Virus record (IMG/VR): IMGVR_UViG_3300031812_000267
Coordinates: 1-11,341 of that record
Reading direction: 5' to 3' (one strand)
DNA: 11,341 nt
Source of the DNA: a virus
Shown here: in pieces, positions 5,945 through 11,312 of the stretch
Position numbering within the stretch: position 1 is the stretch's first letter
Layout: the number at the start of each line of letters is the position of its first letter
Position numbers and translations under genes: made by a program
Notes under the pieces: model-generated
What the model was told of the DNA's origin: nothing
The model's database searches: none
Seen by the model: the letters and a program-made list of their open reading frames with translations, nothing else

Positions 5945-6161
5945 CGTCAGCCTCCCTGAAACCAGTTACGAACCACCGCAACAGCCGCACCACATCGCCG
6001 AACGTTACGCTGCCGTCCGGCAGGAGGGCAGCAACGATATACCAGCACACCTCGATCGCCAGCGCGACCGCACGACGCTGACGGTCATCCAGCGCCCGCG
6101 CGATGCCGGCGCCAGCCTCAGTCAGCACGCGCTCGGTACGGGGATCGTTCATAGCGCGCAT
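5931..6161 (-). CDS. Hypothetical 76-aa protein
   Basis: AGGAGGA sits 4-5 nt upstream of ATG 6161 (GGAGGATTAGGAGGACGCGATG). Coupled to the flanking genes. Confidence 0.65.
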   Translation of the reverse strand: MRAMNDPRTERVLTEAGAGIARALDDRQRRAVALAIEVCWYIVAALLPDGSVTFGDVVRLLRWFVTGFREADDGDG

Positions 6162-6170
6162 CGCGTCCTC

Positions 6171-6497
6171 CTAATCCTCCTCATCCTCATCATCCACACA
6201 ACTATCGCCGCACATCGAACGGACCTCGGCCGGCACGCACGCCAGCGCAGGCGACCAGTACCCGCGCGCGCCGAGACCATCGGCCACCCAACACCAGCCG
6301 ACGGCAGCGAGAGTCGCCGTCACACGACGTCCGCCAATCACCGTCCACCAACCGGAGCCGGATGCCAGCCGCATCCACGTCACGCCGCCCAGCACCATGC
6401 CGTACAACCCGGAGTCGTCGAGCGACGCCCGGATCTCAGCATCCGAGGGCGCGTAGTCGACATCCTCAACGCCGTCGAACGTCAGCAACGTCACCAT
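6171..6497 (-). CDS. Hypothetical 108-aa Trp-rich protein with acidic tail DDEDEED. Start moved to ATG 6497.
   Basis: GGAGGTG sits 3-5 nt upstream of ATG 6497. The track start at 6512 (GTG) lies inside that SD. First gene downstream of the 6542..6570 promoter. Confidence 0.65.
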   Translation of the reverse strand: MVTLLTFDGVEDVDYAPSDAEIRASLDDSGLYGMVLGGVTWMRLASGSGWWTVIGGRRVTATLAAVGWCWVADGLGARGYWSPALACVPAEVRSMCGDSCVDDEDEED

Positions 6498-6541
6498 ATC
6501 CACCTCCATCACACTATACTGCCAATAGCCTCGATACCGCC

Positions 6542-6570
6542 AGTATAGCGCGATAGACGCGATGTGTCAA
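6542..6570 (-). promoter_or_regulatory. Near-consensus sigma-70 promoter TTGACA-17 nt-TATACT for the minus-strand operon 6497 -> 3969
   Basis: Reverse complement of 6542..6570 is TTGACAcatcgcgtctatcgcgcTATACT. The -35 overlaps the Zot-like stop codon. The -10 sits in one arm of an 8-bp inverted repeat CTATACTG/CAGTATAG (6541..6548 and 6514..6521). Confidence 0.7.
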
Positions 6571-7208
6571 GCGCGCCGCCGCGCGGGAGCGAGCGAAGGC
6601 GCGGGGGCAGGAGCGGGGAGGATCGCGAGCGTGTCGCCAGCAGACGCGCCGTAGAGCGTGTCGTAGATGCCGTACCAGTCGGAGAGTCGCAGCGCGAACC
6701 GGTAACGCTCCACGAGGACGTCATCGGCGTAGGGATGCTCGTGCCAGCGATACACCGCGTAATCCGCGCCGCTACGACGGTAGCGACCGGCCGTGACGTA
6801 GACGTACTGCGTGAGGCGGCGCAGGCGCACATCGACCGTCGCAAAACTGGGACTGGTGTAGACACAGATGACGCCGCGCTTGCCCCACAGGATCATATCG
6901 CGCGTGAGCGCACGCGCCGCCTCAGACGCCCACTCGCGCGAGTCCAGAGAGACCTGCACCTCGTCCCACACCAGCACCGCGCCGCGCAGCGATGCGAGAT
7001 CGTCGAGCGTGGCCACGCGCCGGGCACCGCGCACGGGAATATTACCGACCAGATCGAGACCGAGGGAGCGGGCGAGGCAAACGGCCAGCCTGCACGCCAT
7101 CAGCGTCTTGCCGCTCCGGAGCGCGCCGAAGACGCCGACGAACGCGCCCAGGTGGTAGCGCTCGAACGGGAGCAGCCGGAGGGGGGGATCAGCGATCACG
7201 ACGCTCAT
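6567..7208 (-). CDS. Zot / pI-like inovirus assembly ATPase (P-loop NTPase), short form (213 aa)
   Basis: Walker A GALRSGKT. DLVGNIPV after it. Walker B-like AVLVWDEVQVSLDSREW, matching the Zot-family pattern (hydrophobic stretch, DE, Q, then R). Located in the structural/assembly part of an inovirus-like genome. No C-terminal TM segment is visible. Confidence 0.75.
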   Translation of the reverse strand: MSVVIADPPLRLLPFERYHLGAFVGVFGALRSGKTLMACRLAVCLARSLGLDLVGNIPVRGARRVATLDDLASLRGAVLVWDEVQVSLDSREWASEAARALTRDMILWGKRGVICVYTSPSFATVDVRLRRLTQYVYVTAGRYRRSGADYAVYRWHEHPYADDVLVERYRFALRLSDWYGIYDTLYGASAGDTLAILPAPAPAPSLAPARRRA

Positions 7209-7494
7209 CGCGACGCCTCACATATTCCTCGAGCGAGAGCGCCCGGAGCGCGTCACGGAGCGTGCGCGACGCGCCGGGAGATTGCCGGATCGCCGATGCC
7301 TCGATGATGGGGGCAATGCGCTCATACAGCCGGGGCGTAGCGATCGAGAGCCACGCGAGCGCCCGCACGCGACCGTCGGAATACCCGACGACGGCACGTG
7401 ACAACGCCGCCGCGAGGGTCGCGCGGGCGTCCAGGAACATCATATCGTCATCACCGAGCGACGGTTGGCGCAGGTAATCGCGTTCGGAGTGCAT
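7189..7494 (-). CDS. Hypothetical 101-aa protein
   Basis: GAGGAGGAG sits immediately upstream of ATG 7494. Its 3' end overlaps the Zot-like start by 20 nt. Confidence 0.65.
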   Translation of the reverse strand: MHSERDYLRQPSLGDDDMMFLDARATLAAALSRAVVGYSDGRVRALAWLSIATPRLYERIAPIIEASAIRQSPGASRTLRDALRALSLEEYVRRRDERRDR

Positions 7495-7539
7495 CCGCTC
7501 CTCCTCTCGTATTCCGTGGCGCTTTTTCAGGCTTCAACC

Positions 7540-7592
7540 CTCCAAACGCGCTCACCCTCGCGCTGCGCGCGACTCGGTTCGCGCGTTTGGAG
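7540..7592. other. Hairpin with a 12-bp perfect stem
   Basis: ctccaaacgcgc (7540..7551) is the exact reverse complement of gcgcgtttggag (7581..7592). The 29-nt loop contains a nested cgcgc/gcgcg stem. Confidence 0.8.
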
Positions 7593-7657
7593 CCGGTTTG
7601 CCCGTACCGGCGAGACAGGCCGTCCGGGCGGCATCACGTTTTTGCGGCGCATTGCGC

Positions 7658-7828
7658 CGGAAAACCGCGCGTAATTGTAGCGTACTGCGCGTACGCGCCG
7701 TCAAGACCTCGCTTCGCTCGCAAGCGCCGGAAAGCGGCGCAACTTTTTTCGGAACAGCGGAAGGCGCCGCTTTCCGGCGGTCTTGACGGCGCTGCGCAGT
7801 ACGCTGAGCCTCCGGCTGCGGTTTTCCG
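7658..7828. other. 171-nt imperfect long hairpin built from four perfect stems (11, 12, 14 and 15 bp)
   Basis: Verified pairings: 7658..7668/7818..7828, 7679..7690/7794..7805, 7695..7708/7779..7792 and 7726..7740/7764..7778. The apical loop 7741..7763 contains a TTTTTT run. Confidence 0.85.
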
Positions 7829-7993
7829 ACAAACAATGCGCGCGCAGGGCGGGCAGGGCAGGGCCGTACCGTCACCCGGTTTGCCGTACCGCTCCGGCGA
7901 GGGCAGGGCGGTGGGCAGGAACCCTGCCCAGGCCGTGCCGGATCGACGCCTGTACCGTCCACGACCGGCGTACTCACGCGGCGCCTGTACCCC

Positions 7994-8227
7994 CTACGCG
8001 CCGGGGGGAGTGGTCCCAGGCAGGGGGTGGGGCAACGCCGAACAGTCGGCACCGGCGGCACGCAGCGTCGCAATCGCCCGGCGGGCGAGCGACACGGAGT
8101 CGGGATCGTCGGCGTCGTAGACGACGCCCCAGACAACACGGCCACCGCACCGTGCCTGGACGAACCAGAGACGCCGGTCCGCCCAGGGCTTCAGCGTCAC
8201 ACGCCAGTCACGTACACCCACACTCAC
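7994..8227 (-). CDS. Hypothetical 77-aa protein
   Basis: The GTG start at 8227 overlaps the upstream stop (GTGA), implying translational coupling. No motif recognised. Confidence 0.5.
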   Translation of the reverse strand: MSVGVRDWRVTLKPWADRRLWFVQARCGGRVVWGVVYDADDPDSVSLARRAIATLRAAGADCSALPHPLPGTTPPGA

Positions 8228-8679
8228 CTCTCACCCACAAGCGCCAGGATCTGCGCCACCAGCGACTGGAGCGCCGACACCTGCGCCCACGTGAAATATG
8301 CGAACATGGCCGGGAGGACGACGCCGGCGACACGCAGGAAATCGATCCATTGCCCACCGCCGCGCCAGAGCGACGCGAGGGCCGCCGACTCACGCGCCCT
8401 CTCCAGCGCCTGGTGCTCAATCAGCGCCGCAGCATCGCAGCGCGCGATCCAAACCAGTTCGCGGCCGACCCGGAGCGCCGGCAACGACGCCGGATACGTG
8501 ACGCCATCCGCGACAATGCCGGAGTCGCCGTAGGCGGCCGGCAGCGCGCGCCAGCCGCCGACGTCATCATACAGCAACAACCAGCCAGTCACCCGTCCGG
8601 CGCCGGCCTCACGCCGGCGCATATACCAGATCGCCGCGCCGACCGCACAGATTGCCAGCGCGATACTGATCTCCTGCAC
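8224..8679 (-). CDS. Hypothetical 151-aa membrane protein (N-terminal and C-terminal hydrophobic segments)
   Basis: GTG start at 8679 preceded by GAGGTGAGCG. N-terminal ISIALAICAVGAAIWYM and C-terminal VAGVVLPAMFAYFTWAQVSALQSLVAQILALV look like TM helices. Confidence 0.6.
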   Translation of the reverse strand: MQEISIALAICAVGAAIWYMRRREAGAGRVTGWLLLYDDVGGWRALPAAYGDSGIVADGVTYPASLPALRVGRELVWIARCDAAALIEHQALERARESAALASLWRGGGQWIDFLRVAGVVLPAMFAYFTWAQVSALQSLVAQILALVGER

Positions 8680-8693
8680 CGCTCACCTCACAA

Positions 8694-8867
8694 GCGCGCC
8701 ACGCGCGCCCAAGGAAAGAGCCGTTAACCGCGCCGCTGCTCGCCCTCGCTCGCAGACGGCGCCATGCCTCATCATCCCGATACCCGTACCGCGCGCGCGC
8801 CATCCTTTGGCGCGTGCGGTGGCGCGCGCACCGACGGCCGTACCCGCCCGCAGCGCCGTTCCGCGCC
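8694..8867. repeat. Dispersed GC-rich non-coding repeat, copy B (homologous to 3790..3977). Abuts the stop codon of the 56-aa ORF.
   Basis: See copy A. The hairpin GCGCGCGCC/GGCGCGCGC is conserved with compensating context. Located between the 56-aa ORF stop (8867..8869) and the 151-aa gene start (8679). Confidence 0.85.
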
Positions 8868-9037
8868 TAATCATCGCCGCCGGCGGCGGCGGTCAACCAC
8901 GAGCGCAGCATGACGTACGCCACCGCCAGCTGCACGAGCGCCGCCGGCAACAACCAGCGCGGGAGCCAGAGCGCCGCGGCCGCCGCGAGCGCGAGCCAGA
9001 CGAAAACGTAGAGCGTCGCAACGACGTACTGCATCAT
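8867..9037 (-). CDS. 56-aa hydrophobic membrane peptide (MMQYVVATLYVFVWLALAAAAALWLPRWLLPAALVQLAVAYVMLRSWLTAAAGGDD)
   Basis: The ATG at 9037 overlaps the TGA of the pVI-like gene (TGATGATG). The 160-aa version in the track would overlap the pVI-like gene almost entirely. Confidence 0.5.
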   Translation of the reverse strand: MMQYVVATLYVFVWLALAAAAALWLPRWLLPAALVQLAVAYVMLRSWLTAAAGGDD

Positions 9038-9390
9038 CAGCTCACGAGTACGACACGGCGGATGACCAGCCACGCACGAAACGCGAGACCGACAGTAACG
9101 ATAGCGAGTTGAGCCAGCAGCGCCTGCCGGACGATTCCGGCATACGCGACGTAATCGACCAGCATGTACATGAGCCTCGTGTAATCCACGATACCGCCCA
9201 ACCAGTCGACGATCCAGCGTAACGCCGGAATGGACGGCATGGTCTGCGCGGGATGGAGGAGGGAGTCCATCCAGCCGTTCCAAATCTCGACCAGCGAGTT
9301 CACAAACGAGACAATACCGTTGTAGACGTTCGCCGATGCGTGATCCCACCAGCCGACAATCTTGCTCCAGAAATCCTCGAGCCAGTCCAT
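9037..9390 (-). CDS. pVI-like minor coat / membrane protein (117 aa)
   Basis: Position directly after the pIII-like gene, as in Ff phages. Size is close to pVI (112 aa). Hydrophobic segments (IVSFVNSLVEIW, LLAQLAIVTVGLAFRAWLVI). AGGAG sits 7 nt before ATG 9390 and overlaps the upstream stop. Confidence 0.65.
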   Translation of the reverse strand: MDWLEDFWSKIVGWWDHASANVYNGIVSFVNSLVEIWNGWMDSLLHPAQTMPSIPALRWIVDWLGGIVDYTRLMYMLVDYVAYAGIVRQALLAQLAIVTVGLAFRAWLVIRRVVLVS

Positions 9391-9399
9391 ACGCGACTC

Positions 9400-10887
9400 C
9401 TAGCTCAGCGACCGGAACACGCGCCAGGCGGTCCAGAACACAAAACCCACAACCATCAACGTGACCGGAAGCCGGACGAAATTAAGCACCGGCGACGCGA
9501 CACCCAGAAACCCACACAGACCCAGTATGAAATCCGGGAACGCATCCCGGAACCCATACTCCGGCGCGTCGGCCAGGACGGGGGCGGGCAGATCGCAGAT
9601 ACGCCCAGCCGAGGGCGCGACCGCGCGCCCGAGCGCCTCAAGCCCATCCATCAGATCGCCGACAATCGATCCCTCCCAGGACACATCATCGCCAAGCGGA
9701 GGCGGCGTGACGGGCGCGAGCGTATAGCGGGGCACGGCCGAGGGCGGCTGGTACGGATCGCGGGTTGCGCTGGGAAGCGCGGTCCAGGTCGGCGACGGAG
9801 TAAGCGTCGCGGTCGGCGTGCGCGTCAGCGAGGGCGTGCGCGTGATAGTCGGCGTGCGCGTGCGCGTCGGCGTGCGCGTCACGGTCGGCGTGCGGGTGTC
9901 CAGGGTCGGGGTCGGCGTGCGCGTGCGCGTCGGCGTGCGGGTGACCGTCGGCGTGCGCGTCGGCGTGCGCGTCGCGGTCACCGTCGAAGCGGGCAGCGGA
10001 TCCGACAGGCAAAACCGCGCGCGGCCGTTGCCGGACACCCTCACAACACCCCATCCGTCGAACTGATACGGATAGATGCCCGGTCCGTGATACTCCCCAA
10101 GCCACCACAACGATCCGGACGCCACCTCCATCCAGTACAAGCCTGCGCGGGGAGGGCGGAATATAACGGGAAACTCATCGGTCACATCCTCCCAGTCGGT
10201 GCAATCCACGGAGGGCCCGGGCGTCGCAGTCGGCGAGGGCGACGGCGTCGGCGAGGGCGAGGGCGTCGGCGAGGGCGAGGGCGCGAACGACGAATCCACA
10301 CTCAACCAAACATAGAGCGAGCCGCTCGCGGAACCCGGAACATAGTACCAGCCGGGCCCGACCAACAGGACCAAATTGCCGGGACCACGATCGAAGCGCA
10401 GCACGTCATACCGGCCGGGCCACCACGTGTTATTGAGATAGTCTCGCCAGGGACCCGTCACCCGCTGGTTGTTGTAATCGTACGGATCCCACTGAGCCGT
10501 CCAGTTGTCCAAGTAGTAGCAGAGAGCGGACGAGAACGGGAACCAGCCGTAATCACGCGTGCCGCCCGCGCCGGCATGGTACGCGCCGAATCCGGAAAAA
10601 TGCCACACACCCGCATAGAGCCAGTAACGCCCAGGGCCCGGATCGCCGCACCCCGAGCCGTCCAACAGGATGTACGAGTTAGGAGTCGGCGTCGGGGAGG
10701 GAGTCGGCGTCGGGGAGGGAGTCGGGGTCGGGGAGGGAGTCGGGGTCGGGGAGGGAGTCGGGGTCGGGGAGGGAGCCTGAGCATGCACGGGAAAATCGAC
10801 GCCCAGAACGCACAGGAATATCGTGAATATGAACACCGTGCGCGCACACGAGAACAAGCGTATGCGACGCGGGCGAGTCATCGACAT
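9400..10887 (-). CDS. pIII-like secreted adsorption / minor coat protein with Pro/Thr-rich linkers and a C-terminal membrane anchor
   Basis: Signal-peptide-like N-terminus (MSMTRPRRIRLFSCARTVFIFTIFLCVLGVDFPVHA|QA). Globular Trp/Tyr/Gly-rich domains, each with a Cys pair, are separated by (PTPSPT)n, (SPSPTP)n and (TRTP)n linkers. C-terminal hydrophobic VTLMVVGFVFWTAW. The start is uncertain: ATG 10887, ATG 10881 or GTG 10926. Confidence 0.75.
   Translation of the reverse strand: MSMTRPRRIRLFSCARTVFIFTIFLCVLGVDFPVHAQAPSPTPTPSPTPTPSPTPTPSPTPTPSPTPTPNSYILLDGSGCGDPGPGRYWLYAGVWHFSGFGAYHAGAGGTRDYGWFPFSSALCYYLDNWTAQWDPYDYNNQRVTGPWRDYLNNTWWPGRYDVLRFDRGPGNLVLLVGPGWYYVPGSASGSLYVWLSVDSSFAPSPSPTPSPSPTPSPSPTATPGPSVDCTDWEDVTDEFPVIFRPPRAGLYWMEVASGSLWWLGEYHGPGIYPYQFDGWGVVRVSGNGRARFCLSDPLPASTVTATRTPTRTPTVTRTPTRTRTPTPTLDTRTPTVTRTPTRTRTPTITRTPSLTRTPTATLTPSPTWTALPSATRDPYQPPSAVPRYTLAPVTPPPLGDDVSWEGSIVGDLMDGLEALGRAVAPSAGRICDLPAPVLADAPEYGFRDAFPDFILGLCGFLGVASPVLNFVRLPVTLMVVGFVFWTAWRVFRSLS
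9806..9980. repeat. Coding tandem repeats of 12-bp unit gtcggcgtgcgc (TRTP on the minus strand), including a 63-bp-period duplication (9848..9897 vs 9911..9960)
   Basis: Read directly. Encodes TRTPTRTPTVTRTPTRTRTPT...TRTPTVTRTPTRTRTPTITRTPSLTRTPT. Confidence 0.85.
10229..10282. repeat. Coding tandem repeat, 3 x 18 bp (gtcggcgagggcga(c/g)ggc), encoding (SPSPTP)n
   Basis: Units start at 10229, 10247 and 10265. Confidence 0.85.
10682..10775. repeat. Coding tandem repeat, 5.2 x 18 bp (ggagtcgg(c/g)gtcggggag), encoding (PTPSPT)n directly after the signal peptide
   Basis: Units start at 10682, 10700, 10718, 10736 and 10754. The first two units differ from the last three at one position. Confidence 0.9.
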
Positions 10888-10953
10888 CACAGCATGCAGC
10901 GCGCGCGGGCGCGGCCGGAGCTGCACCCGCAGCGGCGATCCGGAACACGCGAC

Positions 10954-11112
10954 CTAGAACAGATTGACGATGCGACCCAACATCCTGGCACCGAGCGTGA
11001 CGCCGATGGCCAACGCGAGCACGCCCACGAACGGGTTGAAGATACTGGTCGCAGCGTTGAGGATGTCGGTCATCGACGGAGCCGTAAACGCGGGCGGGTT
11101 GTTGAACTGCAT
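10954..11112 (-). CDS. Candidate major coat protein, 52 aa, no signal peptide (Pf3-like class)
   Basis: MQFNNPPAFTAPSMTDILNAATSIFNPFVGVLALAIGVTLGARMLGRIVNLF has a polar N-terminus with Asp, a hydrophobic core of about 20 aa, and a basic C-terminus (R..R). AGGAGG sits 9 nt upstream of ATG 11112. Located immediately upstream of the pIII-like gene. The track's TTG start at 11139 lies upstream of the SD. Confidence 0.65.
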   Translation of the reverse strand: MQFNNPPAFTAPSMTDILNAATSIFNPFVGVLALAIGVTLGARMLGRIVNLF

Positions 11113-11139
11113 AGCCGAAAACCTCCTATTCAACTTCAA

Positions 11140-11229
11140 CTACACAAACAGAGAGACCAGCCGCGCGGCAATGTAGGTCACGATTGCGAGCGCGGCCGGA
11201 TAGAGCACGTCCGACGTCTCTACTACCAT
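11140..11229 (-). CDS. 29-aa peptide MVVETSDVLYPAALAIVTYIAARLVSLFV. Candidate small minor virion protein. Absent from the ORF track.
   Basis: The ATG at 11229 lies inside the end of the preceding 29-codon ORF (CTATGGTAG). TAG at 11140..11142, just before the coat-gene SD. Confidence 0.45.
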   Translation of the reverse strand: MVVETSDVLYPAALAIVTYIAARLVSLFV

Positions 11230-11312
11230 AGCCGACCTACCGACAGCATAAACCGCAACACAACGACGGTAACGACCGCAACCACGAGTATGACGAAGAG
11301 CGACTCAGCCAC
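11223..11312 (-). CDS. 29-aa hydrophobic peptide (M)AESLFVILVVAVVTVVVLRFMLSVGRLW. Candidate small minor virion protein. Crosses the circular closure point.
   Basis: GTG start at 11312 (equivalent to position 42) overlaps the stop of the 35..124 ORF. TAG at 11223..11225. Almost entirely hydrophobic with a basic end. Confidence 0.45.
   Translation of the reverse strand: MAESLFVILVVAVVTVVVLRFMLSVGRLW

Larger units (their letters stand above)
7495..7993. other. Large structured non-coding region. Candidate ssDNA origin (complementary-strand synthesis) and/or packaging signal.
   Basis: No credible ORF. Contains several long perfect stems, phased short repeats and G-tracts. It is the largest intergenic region of an otherwise tightly packed genome. 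Confidence 0.55.

Noticed and set aside
7495-7560. Promoter for the 101-aa/Zot operon (TTGAAG ... GAATAC on the minus strand)
   Set aside because: The -10 candidate matches the consensus at only 2 of 6 positions. There is no convincing alternative, so I left it uncalled.
7398-8727. ORFs 7398..8120 (+), 7552..8145 (-) and 7783..8727 (+) across the large intergenic region
   Set aside because: Their translations are Arg/Pro/Ala low-complexity. They traverse the perfect hairpin stems and overlap better-supported minus-strand genes. They have no ribosome-binding sites.
8867-9349. 160-aa version of the ORF downstream of the pVI-like gene
   Set aside because: Its first 104 codons overlap the pVI-like gene in another frame. 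The internal ATG at 9037 overlaps the pVI-like stop (TGATG) and yields a coherent 56-aa hydrophobic peptide.
9686-10948. Regularly spaced short repeats that could look like a CRISPR array or satellite, and alternative-frame ORFs (9686..10108, 9818..10066, 10458..10847, 10679..10948)
   Set aside because: The repeats are contiguous 12/18-bp units with no unique spacers. They sit in frame inside the pIII-like ORF, encoding Pro/Thr linkers. The other frames give HADA/RVGV/LPPRPR-type artefact peptides.
10888-10953. Possible terminator between the coat gene and the pIII-like gene (by analogy with the Ff terminator after gene VIII)
   Set aside because: Only 5-6-bp stems (tgcagc/gctgca, gcggg/cccgc) with long loops could be paired. 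This is not convincing without folding calculations.
10954-11139. 61-aa version of the coat-like ORF starting at TTG 11139
   Set aside because: The AGGAGG SD lies inside this extension, 9 nt upstream of ATG 11112. The extra residues (KLNRRFSA) do not form a signal peptide.
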